Below are positions 8,278 through 16,717 of a DNA stretch of 64,000 nucleotides, in pieces. The stretch is from an uncultured Acidobacteriota bacterium. GTDB taxonomy: Bacteria > Acidobacteriota > UBA6911 > RPQK01 > JAPXNP01. Numbering within the stretch: the stretch's first letter is position 1; every line of letters begins with the position of its first letter. The notes below the pieces were generated by a model. The model searched no databases, had not been told where the DNA came from, and was given only the letters and a program-made list of their open reading frames with translations. The DNA lies in assembly GCA_963777605.1 (NCBI GenBank), contig CAVZRV010000007.1:832001-896000 (forward strand), written 5' to 3'. The position numbers and the translations under genes are program-made.

Positions 8278-9933
8278 CTAGCGGAAGCGAGTCCCCTTCC
8301 ACTCTCTCTTGATGTAATCGGAAACCCAGTAGCCGAGTGCGTAGATGGTCAGGACCGGGTTGTATCCACCATTGGTGACGTGAAGACTTCCATCGGCGAC
8401 GAACAGGTTGTCGATGTCGTGGACCTGGCCGTTCCGGTTCGTCACCGATGTCTTCGGATCATCTCCCATGCGACAGGTACCCGCCTGGTGCTGTCCGCCA
8501 CTCAACCCCAGTCCCGGCAGTTCGACCCAGGTTTGGAGGGCGCCCGCCTCTTTTAGAATTTCCTCTGCCTTCGCCGAGACGAACCGTGCCACCTCCACGT
8601 CCCCGGGATGGCGGTGCCCTGAAAGTCGTGCGACCGGAATCCCCCAGTAGTCTGTCGCCGAGCGATCCACCCGGACCCGCGCCTCGAAGACCGGCATCTC
8701 CTGGACCGGCCCCCGCACGCCAGCAGACCGACGATAGTACTTTCGCTGGAACTCCTTGTGGTCAGCGCCCCATCGACGAGCTCCCGCAGGTCTGACCCGA
8801 GAAAAGTAATAGGGAAGCCGAATGAACCCGTTGGTCAGGAGGCCACCCCCAACCAGGCCCCGGTTTCCATGATTGAAATCGCACCAAGCGATGCAGGCCC
8901 CCGCACCCACGTCGTCAAAAAGTTCCTGGTCGAACAGCCCCCAGGCCCCAGTGTAAGCGTGTCCCTGCAGGTTCCGTCCAACCCAGTCGAACCGGTTCCC
9001 CGCCCCGTTGGGAAAAAGTCGCGAACGAGAATTGAGAAGGAGCCGAGCCGTTTCGATGGCAGCGCAGGAGACAACCACAATATCGGCGGGTTGCTCCTGC
9101 ACTTGGTCCGCTTCATCGAAGTAGCGCACCGCCTGCGCCCGGCCCCGGTCATCGATGACCACTTCACTGGCGACGCAACGAGTCCGAAGCTGGCACGAAC
9201 CCGTAGACAGGGCCTTCGGGATGACCGTGTTCTGGGTCCCGTTCTTGGCATCGACTTCGCAGGCGTATCCCACACAGTAGCGACAGCGGATGCAGGCCGA
9301 CCGGCCTTCAAGGTGGACCGAATTGCGAAGCATCGGGATCGGAAAGGGATGAAATCCCCGTCGGCTGGAGGCAGCCCGAAGAACCTCGGCCTCCCGGTTA
9401 TAGGGATGGGGGGGCATCGGGTAGCCTTTCTTTCGCGGAGCGGAGAAGGGGTCAGCCGTCCCGTCTCCGGCAACCCCGATCTCCCACTCTGCCTTTTCGT
9501 AGTACGGCTCCAGATCCGCATAACCAATCGGCCAGTCCTCCAGCGTCGACCCATCGACGTTTCCATAGGTCGACTTCATGCGGAAGTCTTTCTCCTGGAA
9601 GCGCCAGGCCATGCCACCGTAGCTGACGGTCCCGGAACCGACACAGGAGGCAACATTGCTGAAGGCCGGATGGTTGGGTCTCACCTTGACCCATTCGCCG
9701 GAGTCGCTTTGCACCATCCGGAAGTTCTTCTCCCGGTCCGGTCCAAAAGCATTGTCAAGGGGAGTCCACCACAACTGGCACAGCAACTCGTCATGCGGGT
9801 GATCGGTAAAAGAAACCCAATCACCTTTTTCGAGAAGGACGACCGAAAGTCCGGCTTCGGCCAATTCCTTTGCAACGACTCCACCGCCCGCGCCCGCGCC
9901 AATCACGACCGCATTAACCCGCCCCAGTGCCAT
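8278..9933 (-). CDS. GMC family FAD oxidoreductase (gluconate/glucose dehydrogenase-like large subunit)
   Basis: GAGAGG FAD motif, WPIGYADLEPYY, Cys motif CIRCRYCVGYAC, HQAGTCRMG and NPVLTI. Confidence 0.92.
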   Translation of the reverse strand: MALGRVNAVVIGAGAGGGVVAKELAEAGLSVVLLEKGDWVSFTDHPHDELLCQLWWTPLDNAFGPDREKNFRMVQSDSGEWVKVRPNHPAFSNVASCVGSGTVSYGGMAWRFQEKDFRMKSTYGNVDGSTLEDWPIGYADLEPYYEKAEWEIGVAGDGTADPFSAPRKKGYPMPPHPYNREAEVLRAASSRRGFHPFPIPMLRNSVHLEGRSACIRCRYCVGYACEVDAKNGTQNTVIPKALSTGSCQLRTRCVASEVVIDDRGRAQAVRYFDEADQVQEQPADIVVVSCAAIETARLLLNSRSRLFPNGAGNRFDWVGRNLQGHAYTGAWGLFDQELFDDVGAGACIAWCDFNHGNRGLVGGGLLTNGFIRLPYYFSRVRPAGARRWGADHKEFQRKYYRRSAGVRGPVQEMPVFEARVRVDRSATDYWGIPVARLSGHRHPGDVEVARFVSAKAEEILKEAGALQTWVELPGLGLSGGQHQAGTCRMGDDPKTSVTNRNGQVHDIDNLFVADGSLHVTNGGYNPVLTIYALGYWVSDYIKREWKGTRFR

Positions 9934-10441
9934 TGGCCACAGCTCCGACTTGACCAGAAATCTTCTTCCACACCTGGTACAAGCAGAAAACGATCAGCCC
10001 CCTCGATTACTTCGATCGGTAGCGATTTGCATTTTCTATTGCTCCCCGAACAAATTCTCAGGGATTTCTTTAAAAATTGTACAGGACTGCAGGAACCGGG
10101 AACACCTGGGGAGCCTTGTCGACATTCGGGCGGGGGCTGACGATCAGTGTGCCGCCAACTCAAATTTGCAGTCCCTCAGCTTCTCGACCGGCACCTCCGA
10201 ATTGCCCGAAACCCGTCCCTGCGAGTTGGACACTCACAGAAATCAGCATTGCCATTCGACAGAACCTCTTTATCCGGTCACTCATCAATGTAGTCAATAT
10301 GGAGACAATATATAGTCTGCTTCAAAACAGAATATGGACACTGCATTTTTGGATCGGCGACGATATGCAATCATCTCCCGTTAAATCACTGTTTATTTGA
10401 CTTCCTCGGTGTTCTTTTTGAGATGTGTGTACTATATGGAC

Positions 10442-11788
10442 ATGTCCGAAACCCAGACCGGAGGAAAACTGCAGATTCCCAAAAAACCGATTGACCGACT
10501 GTTGGTGCCGATCGAACGGTTTCTGCACGTTGAAGCAGCCAGTGGAATTGTGCTCTTGTCCTGCACTGTTCTCGCACTGGTTCTCGCCAATTCGTCATTT
10601 GGAAACGCCTACGAAGCCATCTGGCAAACCAAAATTGGTTTCCAGTTCGGCGATTTTGGAATGGCATACAAGCTCCGCCACTGGATCAACGATGGGCTAA
10701 TGGTGATTTTCTTCTTTGTGATCGGACTCGAGGTGAAACGTGAACTGGTCCACGGAGAACTTCGTGAATTTCGCCGGGCCACGCTTCCGATCATGGCCGC
10801 GCTGGGCGGCATGATTCTGCCGGCCGGCATTTATCTCTCCCTGCAGGGCGGCACACCGGCAGAGGCCGGTTGGGGAATCCCGATGGCAACCGATATTGCA
10901 TTCGTTGTTGGTTGCATGGCCTTGCTTGGCTCCCGCCTGCCTCATGGGCTTCGGATCCTCATTCTCTCGTTGGCGATTGCCGATGACATTGGGGCCATTC
11001 TCGTCATCGCCATCGGTTACACGGAGGAACTGCACCTTTCCTACCTAATACTTGGTCTGCTCCTCGTGGGCGGTATCTACCTGTTTCAACGGTGTGGAGT
11101 TCGTAGCTTTGGCGTCTACGGCGTGATGGGTTGCGTGATCTGGTTCTGTTTTCACGAGTCTGGTATTCACGCGACAATAGCCGGTGTCATTTTAGGGCTT
11201 CTCACTCCGGCGGATGCCTACTTCAGCGCCTCGCTTCTCGGCCAAATGCTCAAGAGAGCCAGCGACGTGCTGCACGGCGATTGGGAGAATCTGCAGCACA
11301 AGGTACAGAAGGTACGTGCGGTCGAACAGGCTGCCCGGGAATCGGTTTCGCCGCTCAATTATCTGGAGACCGCACTCCACCCCTGGGTCAGTTACCTGAT
11401 TATGCCGGTTTTTGCACTCGCGAATGCCGGTGTCGCATTCGCCTGGTCGGACTTCGGAGACCCCGTCGCGGTGGCAGTTGCTTTGGGGTTGCTCCTGGGC
11501 AAACCGATCGGAATCCTCATTTTCAGCTGGCTGGCCATCCGGACCGGGATTGCAGCACTTCCCTCGGGAGTCAATTGGAGCATCCTGGCTGGAGGTGGTG
11601 CACTGGCCGGCATCGGCTTTACAATGGCCCTTTTCATTGCCGGCCTCGCCCTTGAGGGTCCTCTTCTGTCTGCCGCGAAAGTCGGGATCCTCCTGGGTTC
11701 CGCCGTTTCGGCAATTATCGGGATGCTGCTTTTGATCTGGCGGCTCGAGTCGGCGAACTCCTCCCCGGACGCGAGTCAGCCAGCGTAG
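10442..11788 (+). CDS. nhaA: Na+/H+ antiporter NhaA
   Basis: Motifs WINDGLM, GLEVKRE, GWGIPMATDIAF, AIADDIGAI, GKPIGI and GIGFTMALFI. Start is 10436 or 10442. Confidence 0.95.
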   Translation: MSETQTGGKLQIPKKPIDRLLVPIERFLHVEAASGIVLLSCTVLALVLANSSFGNAYEAIWQTKIGFQFGDFGMAYKLRHWINDGLMVIFFFVIGLEVKRELVHGELREFRRATLPIMAALGGMILPAGIYLSLQGGTPAEAGWGIPMATDIAFVVGCMALLGSRLPHGLRILILSLAIADDIGAILVIAIGYTEELHLSYLILGLLLVGGIYLFQRCGVRSFGVYGVMGCVIWFCFHESGIHATIAGVILGLLTPADAYFSASLLGQMLKRASDVLHGDWENLQHKVQKVRAVEQAARESVSPLNYLETALHPWVSYLIMPVFALANAGVAFAWSDFGDPVAVAVALGLLLGKPIGILIFSWLAIRTGIAALPSGVNWSILAGGGALAGIGFTMALFIAGLALEGPLLSAAKVGILLGSAVSAIIGMLLLIWRLESANSSPDASQPA

Positions 11789-12957
11789 CGTCCGAGTGCC
11801 TCTGTCATCTGGTCGAGGGCCTGTTTGAGTGTCGAGCGCGGACATCCAAAATTGAGTCGGACGAAACCATCCCCACCCGGGCCAAAACGGCGACCATCAT
11901 TGAGTGCGACGCCGGCCCGTTCAAGGAAAAACCGATAGGGTGCCTGACCCAGTTCGATTGAGCGACAGTCCAACCAGGCCAGGTAGGTGGCTTCCGGTAT
12001 GGTCCACTTCAGCTTCGGCCAGTTCTTCCCCGCGTACTCCACAACGTATTCCCGATTGCTCCTCAGGTAGCTGAGAAGATCCTTGAGCCAGGGACCTCCC
12101 GACCGATATGCCGCCAATGCCGCATCCATTCCCAGAACGTTGACCTCCGGTACGATTCCGGCGGAGGCAGCTACGATCTTCGCCCGTAATGCCGGATCCG
12201 GAACAATGGCGATGCTGCAACCCAGGCCCGGGATGTTGTAGGTCTTGCTGGGAGCGATCAGGGTCACCGTCGCCTTGGCGATCTCGGGATCCAGTGCAGA
12301 AATCGCAATATGAGGCAATTCAGTGTCGAGCAACAGGTCACAGTGAATTTCGTCGGAGCAGAGAATAATCCCACGCTCCATGCAGAACTCCGCCAGTTTC
12401 ACCAGTTCGTTCTTCCGGTAGATTCTCCCGGTCGGATTGTGCGGATTGCAGAGAATAAACAGCTTCGTCCGTTCATCCGCCATTGACTGCAACGCGTCCA
12501 CGTCGAGCGGGTAGGTCAGACAGTTGCCCTCGGTACGGGGAAACAGTTCCACGACCTGGGCTTCCCGCTTCTGGTTTCCGGGTGCAGAGAGAAACGGCGG
12601 ATAGACTGGAGAGTTGACCATCACCCGATCGCCCTCCTGCCCCACGGCCCGGCAGACGACATTCAGCCCGCAGACAAGGCCCGGAAGAAACAGAATCATC
12701 TCCGGAGTGACCTTCCAGTTCTGCTGCCGATAGAGTCGGTCACAGACTTCTTCTTTCAACTCCGGCAAATCGATGCCATATCCGAAGATTCCCTGACCAA
12801 CCCGCGCCTCAAGCGCGTCCAGTACCGGTTTCGGGGCGCGGAAATCCATGTCGGCAACCCACAGGGGCACCACGTCATTACCGTAACGACTCCACTTCAG
12901 ACTATCGGTTCCTCTCCTGGGGAGGACTTTGTCAAACTGACTCTTCATCAATCGCAA
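11776..12957 (-). CDS. PatB/MalY family PLP-dependent C-S lyase
   Basis: Motifs PLWVADMDF, LCNPHNPTGR, SDEIHCD, APSKTYNIPGL and RLNFGCPR. Confidence 0.92.
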   Translation of the reverse strand: MRLMKSQFDKVLPRRGTDSLKWSRYGNDVVPLWVADMDFRAPKPVLDALEARVGQGIFGYGIDLPELKEEVCDRLYRQQNWKVTPEMILFLPGLVCGLNVVCRAVGQEGDRVMVNSPVYPPFLSAPGNQKREAQVVELFPRTEGNCLTYPLDVDALQSMADERTKLFILCNPHNPTGRIYRKNELVKLAEFCMERGIILCSDEIHCDLLLDTELPHIAISALDPEIAKATVTLIAPSKTYNIPGLGCSIAIVPDPALRAKIVAASAGIVPEVNVLGMDAALAAYRSGGPWLKDLLSYLRSNREYVVEYAGKNWPKLKWTIPEATYLAWLDCRSIELGQAPYRFFLERAGVALNDGRRFGPGGDGFVRLNFGCPRSTLKQALDQMTEALGRYAG

Positions 12958-13004
12958 CTTTCTAAAACGGAAGAGAATCCGCTCTGGAAGGACGGCAGCC
13001 CCGC

Positions 13005-13034
13005 TTGAACGTGACCACCGGTTTATTGCATAAT
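13005..13034 (+). promoter_or_regulatory. Putative sigma70 promoter of tRNA-Gly
   Basis: TTGAAC-N18-CATAAT ending 14 nt before the tRNA. Confidence 0.55.
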
Positions 13035-13048
13035 ACCGCCTTGCTCGA

Positions 13049-13124
13049 GCGGGAATAGCTCAGTTGGTAGAGCGCGACCTTGCCAAGGTCGAAGTCGCGG
13101 GTTCGAGTCCCGTTTCCCGCTCCA
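13049..13124 (+). tRNA. tRNA-Gly (GCC)
   Basis: 76-nt cloverleaf with GCGGGAA/TTCCCGC acceptor stem, D-arm AGCTCAGTTGGTAGAGC, anticodon loop TTGCCAA, T-loop GTTCGAGTC and encoded CCA. Confidence 0.98.
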
Positions 13125-13415
13125 TCACTCCTTCAACAAGAATCTCGCGATTCGTTCCCACTCCAGTTCAAGGCTTCCATGTGCTGCAGGACGCCCGGAA
13201 CGCGTGTACCAGTGCGCCGCATTCCCCAGATCGCCTTCCTTCCGATGGAGGTAGGCGTGAACCCAGGAACCATCCGGCGAAGGAACCCCCTGTACAATGC
13301 GATGCGCCTCATCCCAGTCTCCCCGGGCGTCGTGCAGCAGCGCCTGGAGTAGTTCGGGCAGGTTTGCAGGCGGTTCAGCATCTTCGCGCAATCCCTGAAA
13401 CTCTTCGAACGTCAT
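13125..13415 (-). CDS. Small conserved hypothetical helical protein
   Basis: 96 aa. The GDWDEAH...WVHAYLHRKEGDLGNAAHWY pattern is recognisable as a widespread family of unknown function. Confidence 0.75.
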   Translation of the reverse strand: MTFEEFQGLREDAEPPANLPELLQALLHDARGDWDEAHRIVQGVPSPDGSWVHAYLHRKEGDLGNAAHWYTRSGRPAAHGSLELEWERIARFLLKE

Positions 13416-13509
13416 GGCTCCCGAGCATAGCGGTCCACCTGCCTCGTGGTCAAACCGATCCCCCCAGACGGAACCCGCACTTCTCAGACCTCGTTCGTTA
13501 ATTGTTTTG

Positions 13510-13926
13510 ATGGACGAGTTTCGAATTCAAAGAGGACGGGTCGGAAGGCTGCAGACCTGGTTGGTCAGGAGACGCCGCGTTTCTCTCGGCAGGTGGGGCG
13601 AGTGGGTGGCACTCCGTTATCTGCTGCATATCAAGTACGACGTGCTGGTCCGCAACTGGACAACCCGCCGGGGCGAAGTTGACCTGGTAGCCCGAGACGG
13701 CGAAACCATCGTTATTGTCGAGGTGAAGACCCGGCGACTCCCTCAACTTCTCCCGCCCGAGGCTGCCATCACCGAGAAAAAAAGAGTCCGCCTGGAGATG
13801 CTGGCAATCCAATTCATCCAGCGCTACGAACTCGATTCCGGATCGGTCCGGGTAGACTTGATCGCAATCGACACTCCCGACCTGATCGCATTTGAGATCC
13901 GACACTACCAGGGTCTGCTTCAGTGA
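13510..13926 (+). CDS. yraN: YraN family (UPF0102) PD-(D/E)XK nuclease-like protein
   Basis: Motifs GRWGE..A..YL, RNW....GEVDLVA and VEVKTR. Start uncertain. Confidence 0.88.
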   Translation: MDEFRIQRGRVGRLQTWLVRRRRVSLGRWGEWVALRYLLHIKYDVLVRNWTTRRGEVDLVARDGETIVIVEVKTRRLPQLLPPEAAITEKKRVRLEMLAIQFIQRYELDSGSVRVDLIAIDTPDLIAFEIRHYQGLLQ

Positions 13927-15269
13927 CTGGCGGCGGCGACCTGCTCCTTCTCCAGGACGACCCTGATCTTGCTCAGGCCCTGCCGAAGGTCTTCCTCAGG
14001 GATGTTGAGGGCCGGCCTGAACCGGACCGAGCGCTCCCCGCATCCAAGCATGATCACCTTCTCCATGAAGAGGGCCTGGCGGAAACGATGGCGGAAGTCG
14101 GCGTCCTTCAGGTCCAGCGCACAGAAGAGTCCTTTCCCGCGGACGTTGGAAACCAGGTCCGGAAATTCTTCTTGAATCGACTGAAGTTCGGACATCAGAA
14201 GCGGGCCCATCCGTGCAACCCGCTCAACGATGCCTTCTTCTTCGTAAAGCTCGAGTTGGAGCCGGCACCGGACCATATCGACGAGGTTGCCTCCCCACGT
14301 CGAGTTGATTCGGCTTGAAGTATGAAAAACGTTATCAGGAACTTCGTCCACCCTGGGCCCAACCATGACACCGCAGACCTGGGATTTCTTTCCGAAGGCC
14401 ACGATGTCAGGCGTGACATAGTACTCGTGAGCCCACATCCGTCCGGTCGCCCCGAAGCCGGTCTGCACTTCATCGTGAATCAGGAGGATCTCGTTGTCGT
14501 CACAGATCTTGCGGAGGGCCCGGTGGAATTCGAGCCGGAAGTGATTGTCACCCCCTTCACCCTGAATCGGCTCCAGAATGATGCAGGCAATGTCTCTCGG
14601 AGACGCGGCGATGGCCTGGCGAATCTGCTCCAGTGCTTCATTTTCGGCCTGGACAACCCGTTCGAGATTGAGTCCTTCGAGGGGAAATACACACTTGGGG
14701 TTGAGGATCCGCGGCCAATTGAACTTGGGAAAGTACTGCGTCTTGCGCGGATCGGCCGTGTTCGTCAGCGAAAGCGTGTACCCGGAGCGGCCATGAAATG
14801 CCTGCCGGAAGTGAATGACCTTGAGTCCCCGTTCCTCTCCATAGGAAGCCAGGTTTCCACGGACCTTCCAGTCGAATGCAACCTTCAGCGCATTCTCGAC
14901 AGCAATGGCACCGCCTTCAATAAAGAAGAGGTACTTCATCGAAGAGGGCATGGCCCGCCGGCCGAAAGCCTCCACGAAACGGGCCATCTCTTCCGAGTAC
15001 AGGTCCGAGTTGGACGGCTTCTGCACCGCCGCCCGCCCCAACTCGGAGATGATCTCTGAAACGATCATCCGAGGGTGGTTGTATCCGAGCGCAATCGTGG
15101 CGAAGCAGCCGAAGAGATCCAGATAATAGCTGTCCGACTTCCGGTCGAAAAGCTGGGACCCCCGACTTCGATCCAGGTCAGCGACCAGATCCAGGCCGTC
15201 TGCCAACATGTACCGGGAGATGGCCGTTCGTACTCGTTCCGCATCCCACATCAGCGCCGTCTTTTCCAT
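13920..15269 (-). CDS. lat: L-lysine 6-(epsilon)-aminotransferase, class III PLP enzyme
   Basis: Motifs KPSNSDLY, AVENALKVAFDWK, AFHGRSGYTLSLTNT, EPIQGEGGD, DEVQTG, FGKK and STWGGN. Confidence 0.9.
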   Translation of the reverse strand: MEKTALMWDAERVRTAISRYMLADGLDLVADLDRSRGSQLFDRKSDSYYLDLFGCFATIALGYNHPRMIVSEIISELGRAAVQKPSNSDLYSEEMARFVEAFGRRAMPSSMKYLFFIEGGAIAVENALKVAFDWKVRGNLASYGEERGLKVIHFRQAFHGRSGYTLSLTNTADPRKTQYFPKFNWPRILNPKCVFPLEGLNLERVVQAENEALEQIRQAIAASPRDIACIILEPIQGEGGDNHFRLEFHRALRKICDDNEILLIHDEVQTGFGATGRMWAHEYYVTPDIVAFGKKSQVCGVMVGPRVDEVPDNVFHTSSRINSTWGGNLVDMVRCRLQLELYEEEGIVERVARMGPLLMSELQSIQEEFPDLVSNVRGKGLFCALDLKDADFRHRFRQALFMEKVIMLGCGERSVRFRPALNIPEEDLRQGLSKIRVVLEKEQVAAASH

Positions 15270-16654
15270 CGTGTCCCCTCCCGCGTGTCTTCCAGCACGA
15301 TCTCGCGCTCCAACAACTGATCCCGAATTGCATCCGCCCCGGCAAAATCGCGCCTGTTTCGAGCCGCCTCACGCTGCTTGATCATTTCCAGAATCTGAGC
15401 GTCGTCGAGAGTTTCCCCCTCAATGTGGAAAACATCGAAAACCTGGTTCACGTCACTGAAAAAAGAGAGGATCTCGTCCCGATTTGCCGCGCCGGCACCC
15501 TTCGTTTCAAGCGCTGGATTCACATCCCTAACCAGCTCAAATACAGCCCCCAACGCAGCTGATGTGTTGAAATCGTCGTCCATAGCAGATTCAAATTGTC
15601 CCCTGGCGCCGGCGACTCGACTCGTCAACTCGGGGCTCGACGGACGGTTGTCCGGAATTTCCCGCACCCGCAACAGAAAATCGTCAGCCCGCCGGAGCGC
15701 GGATTCCGCCTGCTCCACTCCTTCGAACGTGAAGTTCAGCTGTTTGCGGTAATGAACCGAGAAGAGGAGATAGCGCAGCGCAACCGGGTCACAGCCTTTG
15801 TCCAGCAGGTCCCGAAGAGTGAAGAAGTTGCCCAACGACTTGGACATCTTCTGGCCTTCTACGATCAGGTGAGCCCCATGGACCCAGTAACGGACGAACG
15901 GATGTCCGGTCGCCCCTTCACTCTGGGCGATTTCGTTCTCATGGTGGGGAAAGACGAGGTCCACTCCGCCACAATGGATATCGAACGACTCGCCGAGATA
16001 CTTCATGCTCATGGCCGAACACTCGAGGTGCCAACCCGGCCGGCCAGGACCGAAAGTTGACTGCCAGCAGGCTTCTCCCTCTCTATGGCCCTTCCAAAGC
16101 ACAAAATCCCGAGGATTCTCCTTGGAATACTCGTCTTCGTCGATGTGACCTTCGGTCACCACCTCCTGCTCGGTCAACGTAAAGCCTGAAAGTTTTCCGT
16201 AGTCCTTGAACTGGTTGATTCTGAAGTATGTCGATCCCTCGCTCTGGTAGGTGAGCCCATGCTCCTGAAGTTTCCCAACGAGGGCAAGCATCTCGTCGAT
16301 GTGCTCTGTGGCGCGAGGCATGATCTCGGGTCGCTGGATCCGGAGAACCTCCATGTCGGCCAGAAATGCCTGTTCGTACTGGCGCGTGTAATCACGGATC
16401 GACAACCCCGCTTTGCGCGCGTTTGCGATGATCTTGTCTTCCACGTCGGTGATGTTCATGACATGGACCAGACGATAACCGCGGTAGATCAGAAATCGCC
16501 GCAGGATGTCCTGGAACATAAACGTCCGGAAATTCCCAATATGGACAAAGTGATAGACCGTGGGACCGCACGTGTACATGCGCACTTCAGGAGGATTCAG
16601 AGGTTGGAATTCCTCGAGTTTTCTGGTCAGAGTATTGTAGAGCCTGAGCGCCAT
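15251..16654 (-). CDS. cysS: Cysteine--tRNA ligase
   Basis: Motifs CGPTVY, HIGN, GRPGWHLECS, FPHHENE and KMSKS. Confidence 0.97.
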   Translation of the reverse strand: MALRLYNTLTRKLEEFQPLNPPEVRMYTCGPTVYHFVHIGNFRTFMFQDILRRFLIYRGYRLVHVMNITDVEDKIIANARKAGLSIRDYTRQYEQAFLADMEVLRIQRPEIMPRATEHIDEMLALVGKLQEHGLTYQSEGSTYFRINQFKDYGKLSGFTLTEQEVVTEGHIDEDEYSKENPRDFVLWKGHREGEACWQSTFGPGRPGWHLECSAMSMKYLGESFDIHCGGVDLVFPHHENEIAQSEGATGHPFVRYWVHGAHLIVEGQKMSKSLGNFFTLRDLLDKGCDPVALRYLLFSVHYRKQLNFTFEGVEQAESALRRADDFLLRVREIPDNRPSSPELTSRVAGARGQFESAMDDDFNTSAALGAVFELVRDVNPALETKGAGAANRDEILSFFSDVNQVFDVFHIEGETLDDAQILEMIKQREAARNRRDFAGADAIRDQLLEREIVLEDTREGTRWKRRR

Positions 16655-16717
16655 GGTTTCTCCAAAGAGGCGATCTTACCGGAAAGGGTGTTTCCCGACA
16701 ACACGCCCACGGTCCCG

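Noticed and set aside
8758-10140. 460-aa plus-strand ORF opposite the GMC gene
   Set aside because: Antisense shadow of a GC-rich gene with no motifs. The same applies to 16988-18124, 22865-23962, 31404-32672, 42736-43899 and 48695-49675.
13049-13124. tRNA-Gly as an integration site for a genomic island
   Set aside because: No integrase, and I saw no duplicated tRNA 3' end or compositional break. Flanking genes are housekeeping.
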